From contig CBDAOY010000008.1 in assembly GCA_965198225.1 (NCBI GenBank), forward strand, positions 288,001-352,000: 64,000 nucleotides of DNA, read 5' to 3'. The notes below the pieces were generated by a model, which had not been told where the DNA came from, searched no databases, and worked only from the letters and a program-made list of their open reading frames with translations. The translations under genes were made by a program, and so were the position numbers. This stretch comes from Terriglobia bacterium. GTDB lineage: Bacteria > Acidobacteriota > Terriglobia > 20CM-2-55-15. How positions within the stretch are numbered: position 1 is the first letter of the stretch; each line of letters opens with the position of its first letter. Below, piece by piece: positions 59,356-64,000 of the stretch.

Positions 59356-61761
59356 ATGCGGAAAGAATTAATCATCTCTACGATCCCGCAGGAAACACGG
59401 GTCGCGGTTCTCGAGAACGATGAACTGGTGGAGTTCCTGATCGAACGCCACCGGACTCAGAACATCGCAGGCAACATCTACAAGGGACGCGTTACGAAGG
59501 TCCTTCCCGGAATGCAGTCTGCGTTCGTGAACATCGGCCTCGACCGGGACGCGTTCCTATACGTTTCCGATTTCTTCGAAGATACAGACGAATACGAGAG
59601 AGTTGTCGCTTCGGCAGAGGAGGACGCCATTGCTGAAAGCGAGAAGCCTCGATCGGTCGGTCGGGGTAAGACCCCGCGACCGGAGAAGCCTGTCGAGAAG
59701 ACCGAACGACCCGAGAGCGAGCCCTCAGAGTCCGTCAAGAGCTCGGATCGTCCCAGCCCCCGGCGTCGTGGCGAGAAGCGTGAGCGTAAGCCACGCATCC
59801 CGTCACTCGAGTCGCGCGAAGCTGAATCCGACTCCAGAGAGACCCGACCTCCCAGGGAGACGCGGGAAGCGCGAAGTCCCAGGGGGCCCCGAGACGAGGA
59901 GCGTCGTCAGGGCAGCATTCAACTGTTGCCTGGAGAGTCCCTCGCCAAGTACGCCGACGAGGTTGTTTCCGACCCCAACGAGGTTGCGGAATCCGAACTG
60001 GAACAGGTCATCGGCGAGACCGAGGAGCAGCACCTGCTCGAGCAGTTTCCGCGGGAAGCTCGGATGCCCGTCGCCGATCAGGACGCCGGCCTGTACACCA
60101 CTGAAAACGGGCAGCCGGACACCACTGAAAAGGAGCCGGTTGAAGAGGAGACAGCCTCCAACGATCGGCCTGGATCCAAAACGGATCCGGTCGTCACTGA
60201 AGAGACATCCCCATCCGACGGTGCCTCGGGCGAGGCTTCGAGCGTCCCGGAAGTCCAGGAAGAGGTGAACGAGGAAAAACCGATCGCGACCCCGGAGCCT
60301 GCTGACGCGAGCACGGCTGAAGCGTCCGCCGCTGGTGTCGACGACACGAGCGAAACCAAGATCGACGAGGGTCCCGCTCTCGCGGAATCGGACTCCCCGG
60401 CGGAAGAAAGCGATTCGGGTGAGGAGGGCGAGTCCCGGACCGCACGGATCGCGGATCGTCGAGACAAGCGAACGTTCTCGCGGCGCCCGCCGGCCAGGAG
60501 GCCGAGGCGCCGTTCCCCAGCGAAGTCCGAATCGAGCCGTGCGGGATCGGGCTCGAGAGGTCCGACAATTTCCGACCTTCTGCAGGAGGGTCAGGAGATC
60601 CTGGTCCAGGTGTCGAAGGAACCCCTGGGCAAGAAAGGGGCGCGGATCACATCGCACATCGCCCTGCCGGGCCGGTACATCGTTTACATGCCCACCGTAG
60701 ATCACATCGGAGTGTCTCGGAAGATCAGTTCTGAGGACGAACGCGCTCGTCTGAGGCGAATTATCAACGAGAATCGAGAGGACCTTCCGGGCGGTTTCAT
60801 CGTTAGGACGGCCGGCGAGGGCAAGGATGAGAAGGAGCTGATCCAGGATCTTCGCTTCCTCGGAAGTCTGTGGGGCGAGATTCGTAGCGGCAACGAGCGA
60901 AACTCGGCGCCGGCCCTGATTCACAGCGATTTGAATCTGGTGCAGCGGGTTTTGCGAGATCAGCTTTCCGAAGAGTTCAAGGCTATCCGCCTGGATAGCG
61001 AGACCGAGTACGAGAAGGTGTTGGAATTCGTCAACCGGTTCCAACCCGACCTGGTCAATCGGGTCCGATTGCACCTGAAAGATAACTCGATCTTCGAAGA
61101 ATACGGGCTCCAGCAGGAAATCGACAAGGCGTTGCGCTCGAAGGTCTGGCTCAAGTCCGGCGGCTACATCGTTGTCAACCAGACCGAGGCCCTCGTGGCG
61201 ATCGACGTCAACACGGGAAAATTCGTCGGCAAGTCGAACCGACTGGAGGACACGATCGTTCGGACCAACATGGATGCGGTTCACGAGATCGTCCGGCAGA
61301 TACGCCTTCGAAACCTCGGCGGCATCATCGTCGTGGATTTCATCGACATGGAGGAAAGGAAGAATCGGCAGCGTGTGATGCTGGCGCTCGAGGAGGAACT
61401 CCGTAAGGACCGGTCGCCTTCGAAGATTCTTCAGTTTAACGACTTCGGTCTGGTCGCGATCACTCGCAAGCGCACCCAGCCGTCGCTGGAACGTGTTCTC
61501 GGCTCACCGTGCCCTCGTTGCGCGGGATCGGGCTTCGTCAAAGCGGTCGAGACCGTTTGCTACGAAATCCTGCAAGAGGTCAAGAAGATGCTCTCGGAGA
61601 TCGACGGGCCCGAGCTCACGGTTCGCGTCAGTCCGGATGTCGCAAAGGCTCTGAAGAGCGGGGACTACATCGATCTGACAGAGATGGAGGACGAGACGAA
61701 GACCGACATCCGGATCCAGAGTGACCCTCTACTGCACGCCGAGCACTTTGACATTTTCTGA
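59356..61761 (+). CDS. rne: Ribonuclease E/G family protein with a large disordered insertion in the S1 domain
   Basis: GNIYKGRV, GMQSAFV, LVQVSKEPLGKKGAR, IDVNTG, GGIIVVDFIDM, CPRC; AGGAG SD; rne versus rng not resolved. Confidence 0.93.
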   Translation: MRKELIISTIPQETRVAVLENDELVEFLIERHRTQNIAGNIYKGRVTKVLPGMQSAFVNIGLDRDAFLYVSDFFEDTDEYERVVASAEEDAIAESEKPRSVGRGKTPRPEKPVEKTERPESEPSESVKSSDRPSPRRRGEKRERKPRIPSLESREAESDSRETRPPRETREARSPRGPRDEERRQGSIQLLPGESLAKYADEVVSDPNEVAESELEQVIGETEEQHLLEQFPREARMPVADQDAGLYTTENGQPDTTEKEPVEEETASNDRPGSKTDPVVTEETSPSDGASGEASSVPEVQEEVNEEKPIATPEPADASTAEASAAGVDDTSETKIDEGPALAESDSPAEESDSGEEGESRTARIADRRDKRTFSRRPPARRPRRRSPAKSESSRAGSGSRGPTISDLLQEGQEILVQVSKEPLGKKGARITSHIALPGRYIVYMPTVDHIGVSRKISSEDERARLRRIINENREDLPGGFIVRTAGEGKDEKELIQDLRFLGSLWGEIRSGNERNSAPALIHSDLNLVQRVLRDQLSEEFKAIRLDSETEYEKVLEFVNRFQPDLVNRVRLHLKDNSIFEEYGLQQEIDKALRSKVWLKSGGYIVVNQTEALVAIDVNTGKFVGKSNRLEDTIVRTNMDAVHEIVRQIRLRNLGGIIVVDFIDMEERKNRQRVMLALEEELRKDRSPSKILQFNDFGLVAITRKRTQPSLERVLGSPCPRCAGSGFVKAVETVCYEILQEVKKMLSEIDGPELTVRVSPDVAKALKSGDYIDLTEMEDETKTDIRIQSDPLLHAEHFDIF

Positions 61762-61778
61762 TCCAAGGTAGGCACGCT

Positions 61779-63226
61779 GTGGCAGAGCAGAAGCTTTTCG
61801 ACGTCGCGATAATGGGAGCCGGACCCGGGGGCTATGTCGCGGCGATCCGCGCGGCACAGTTGGGCTTGTCTGTAGCGATCATCGAGAAGGACACCCGGCT
61901 CGGGGGGACCTGTCTGCTCCGCGGCTGCATCCCGACCAAGGTGCTGCTCCACGACGCCGGGCTTCTTCAGAAGATACGGCGCGCAGCGAGGTACGGTTTC
62001 AACACAAGCGACGCTGACGTCGACTTTTCGAAGATACAGAAGCGTAAGAATGACATCGTCGCCAAGCTGACCAAGGGCGTCGAATACCTGATGAAGAAAA
62101 ACAAGGTTTCGAGCTTCAAGGGCACGGCGTCAGTCGACGGTCCGGGACGGATATCCGTCAAGGGCGGTGGCGCGGGGGTCGAGGTTCGGGCGAAGAACAT
62201 CATCGTAGCGACCGGTTCGGAACCCAAATCCCTGCCCGGCTACGACATCGACGGTCAATTCGTAATCACCAACAACGAGGCATTGGACCTGGACGCGATC
62301 CCGAAGTCGATGGTTATCGTCGGCGCCGGAGCGGTCGGTGTAGAGTTCGCCTCTATTTACGCGAGTTTTGGAGCGAAGGTCACTCTGCTCGAGGCCCTGC
62401 CCCACATCGTTCCGCTCGAAGACGAAGATGTCTCCAAGGAACTCGCACGCTGGATGAAGAAGCAGGGTGTCGATGTGTTTCCGGGCGCAAGGCTCGAAAG
62501 CGCGAAGACCGTGAAGGGTGGGGTCGAAGTTACTTTCCGCACGGCGAAGGACGAAGACAAGCGGGTCAAGGTCCAAAAGCTGCTCATGGCGACTGGAAGG
62601 GCCCCGAACACTTCAGGAATCGGGCTCGACAAGGTCGGAGTGCAGGTCGACGCACGTGGCTTTGTCCAGGTCAATGAGTTCATGCAAACCGGTGCCCGGA
62701 ACGTTTACGCCATCGGCGACATCGTGCCGACACCCTGGCTCGCCCACGTCGCGTCCGCCGAAGGGATCGTCGCGGTCGAGCATATCGCGGGGAAAAATCC
62801 CGTACCCCTCCGTTACAACCAGATTCCGAGTTGCACCTACTGCGAACCCCAGGTCGCCAGCGTCGGCCTGACCGAGAAAGCCGCTGGTGAGGCGGGCCAC
62901 GCTGTGAAGGTTGGCAAGTCGGCGTACCGATCCGACAGATTTAGGACCTCCCGGTCCTAAAGTTTCCATTTGCAGCGTTGGGCAACATGATCGAGGACGC
63001 GACTGAGGGGTTCGTGAAGGTGGTCGCGGACGAGAAATACGGCGAAGTCCTGGGCGTCCACATGGTCGGTAACGGTGTTACCGAGTTGATCTCAGAAGGC
63101 GTCGCTGCCATGGGGCTGGAAGCTACTGCCGAGGACCTCATCCATACAGTGCATCCTCATCCGACTCTTTCCGAAGCAGTTCATGAGGCCGTGGAGGGAA
63201 TCTACGGCGTACCGATCCACCTTTAG
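61779..63226 (+). pseudogene. lpdA: Dihydrolipoyl dehydrogenase interrupted by a 44-nt insert (62919-62962); probably intact in vivo
   Basis: GAGPGGY, GGTCLLRGCIP, GAGAVG, YAIGD; downstream frame FPFAALG...HPHPTLSE. Confidence 0.93.
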
Positions 63227-63227
63227 G

Positions 63228-63320
63228 ACGTTGCCCGTTATCCGTAGGCCGTAGGCCGTTGTCGCGCGCCCGAGCCGACGGGGTGGTTCTTCTGACTACT
63301 GACCACCGACAACTGACTAC
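63228..63320. repeat. Heptamer-repeat cluster between lpdA and lipA
   Basis: gttgcccgttatccgtaggccgtaggccgttg ... ctgactactgaccaccgacaactgactac. Confidence 0.78.
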
Positions 63321-63335
63321 TTGTATACTATCCAC

Positions 63336-64000
63336 ATGAACCGTCGGCCCGAATGGCTCAAGGTGCGGCTCCCCGGCGGCGAGGACTATGCCGACGTGCG
63401 TCGCATCCTGAGGACGCACAAGCTGAACACCGTGTGCGAAGACGCGATGTGTCCGAACGTCGCCGAGTGCTGGGGTAAACATCGCACGGCCACGTTCATG
63501 ATCCTCGGAGACACGTGCACGCGCGCCTGTGCCTACTGTGCGGTCAGCTCGGGCCAGCCCACCGAACTCGACCTGCTGGAGCCTGCGCGGGTCGCGGCGG
63601 CGATCGGGGACCTCAAGCTGAAGCATGCCGTGATCACCTCTGTCGACCGCGACGATCTTTCGGACGGCGGCGCGATGATATTTTCCGAGACCGTCCGTGA
63701 GATCCGGAGGCTTGACCCGAGGGTCAAAGTCGAGCTGCTGACGCCGGACTTTCAGGGATCGGTGGACTCCCTCCGTACAGTCCTCGATTCACGGCCAGAC
63801 ATCTTCTCTCACAACATCGAAACCGTACGACGCCTGTATCCGACGGTCCGGTTCCGGTCCGACTACGACGTGTCGTTCGGTTTATTGCGAGCCGCCCGTC
63901 GGACGAGTGCGGGACTGTTTACGAAGACCGGAATCATGGTCGGTCTCGGAGAGGAGTGGGACGAAGTGTTGGAGTTGATGAGGGACGCCGCCGCGGCGGG
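63336..64000 (+). CDS. lipA: Lipoyl synthase (partial, runs off the window)
   Basis: Translated by hand: RPEWLKV, TVCEDAMCPNVAECW, CTRACAYC, TSVDRDD, HNIETV; TATACT 6 nt before the ATG. Confidence 0.97.
   Translation, partial: MNRRPEWLKVRLPGGEDYADVRRILRTHKLNTVCEDAMCPNVAECWGKHRTATFMILGDTCTRACAYCAVSSGQPTELDLLEPARVAAAIGDLKLKHAVITSVDRDDLSDGGAMIFSETVREIRRLDPRVKVELLTPDFQGSVDSLRTVLDSRPDIFSHNIETVRRLYPTVRFRSDYDVSFGLLRAARRTSAGLFTKTGIMVGLGEEWDEVLELMRDAAAA

Noticed and set aside
62918-62962. GT...AG intron in lpdA
   Set aside because: Removing these 45 nt does not restore the frame (44 are needed), and bacteria lack spliceosomes.

Overview
GC-rich bacterial chromosomal segment made mostly of housekeeping genes. 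Gene content and order suggest Acidobacteriota (inference, not tested). In order: histidine phosphatase; HTH-pilMNOPQ; roadblock-accB-accC-thiE; a Mit_KHE1-like membrane protein; DapA-family aldolase; bshC-bshA; tRNA-Thr(CGT); amidase, SLT, alaS, recX, ilvE; lptE-holA; rpsT; phoH-ybeY-CNNM/CBS-[IS5+MITE]-era; a GspD secretin with two pseudopilins; priming glycosyltransferase; smpB, a degenerate Fic and a ThiF; DASS; cstA; pyruvoyl arginine decarboxylase-speB; icd-mdh; LVIVD and YncE propellers; ppiD; mreBCD-mrdA-rodA; RNase E/G; lpdA; lipA (partial). No CRISPR, rRNA or prophage was seen. The most interesting signals are non-coding. (1) Two ~267-bp CTAG/CTNAG-flanked miniature elements have different terminal repeats but the same two-armed fold with compensatory base changes. 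(2) A ~940-nt densely base-paired leader or ncRNA precedes RNase E/G. (3) A compact candidate ECF-sigma sRNA carries an anti-SD seed. (4) Several other intergenic repeat families are present. Several reading-frame lesions (pilM/N duplication, C15 tract, pilQ, ilvE, ppiD, lpdA) are probably consensus or assembly errors until reads show otherwise. All calls come from motif recognition by eye; no database searches were run.
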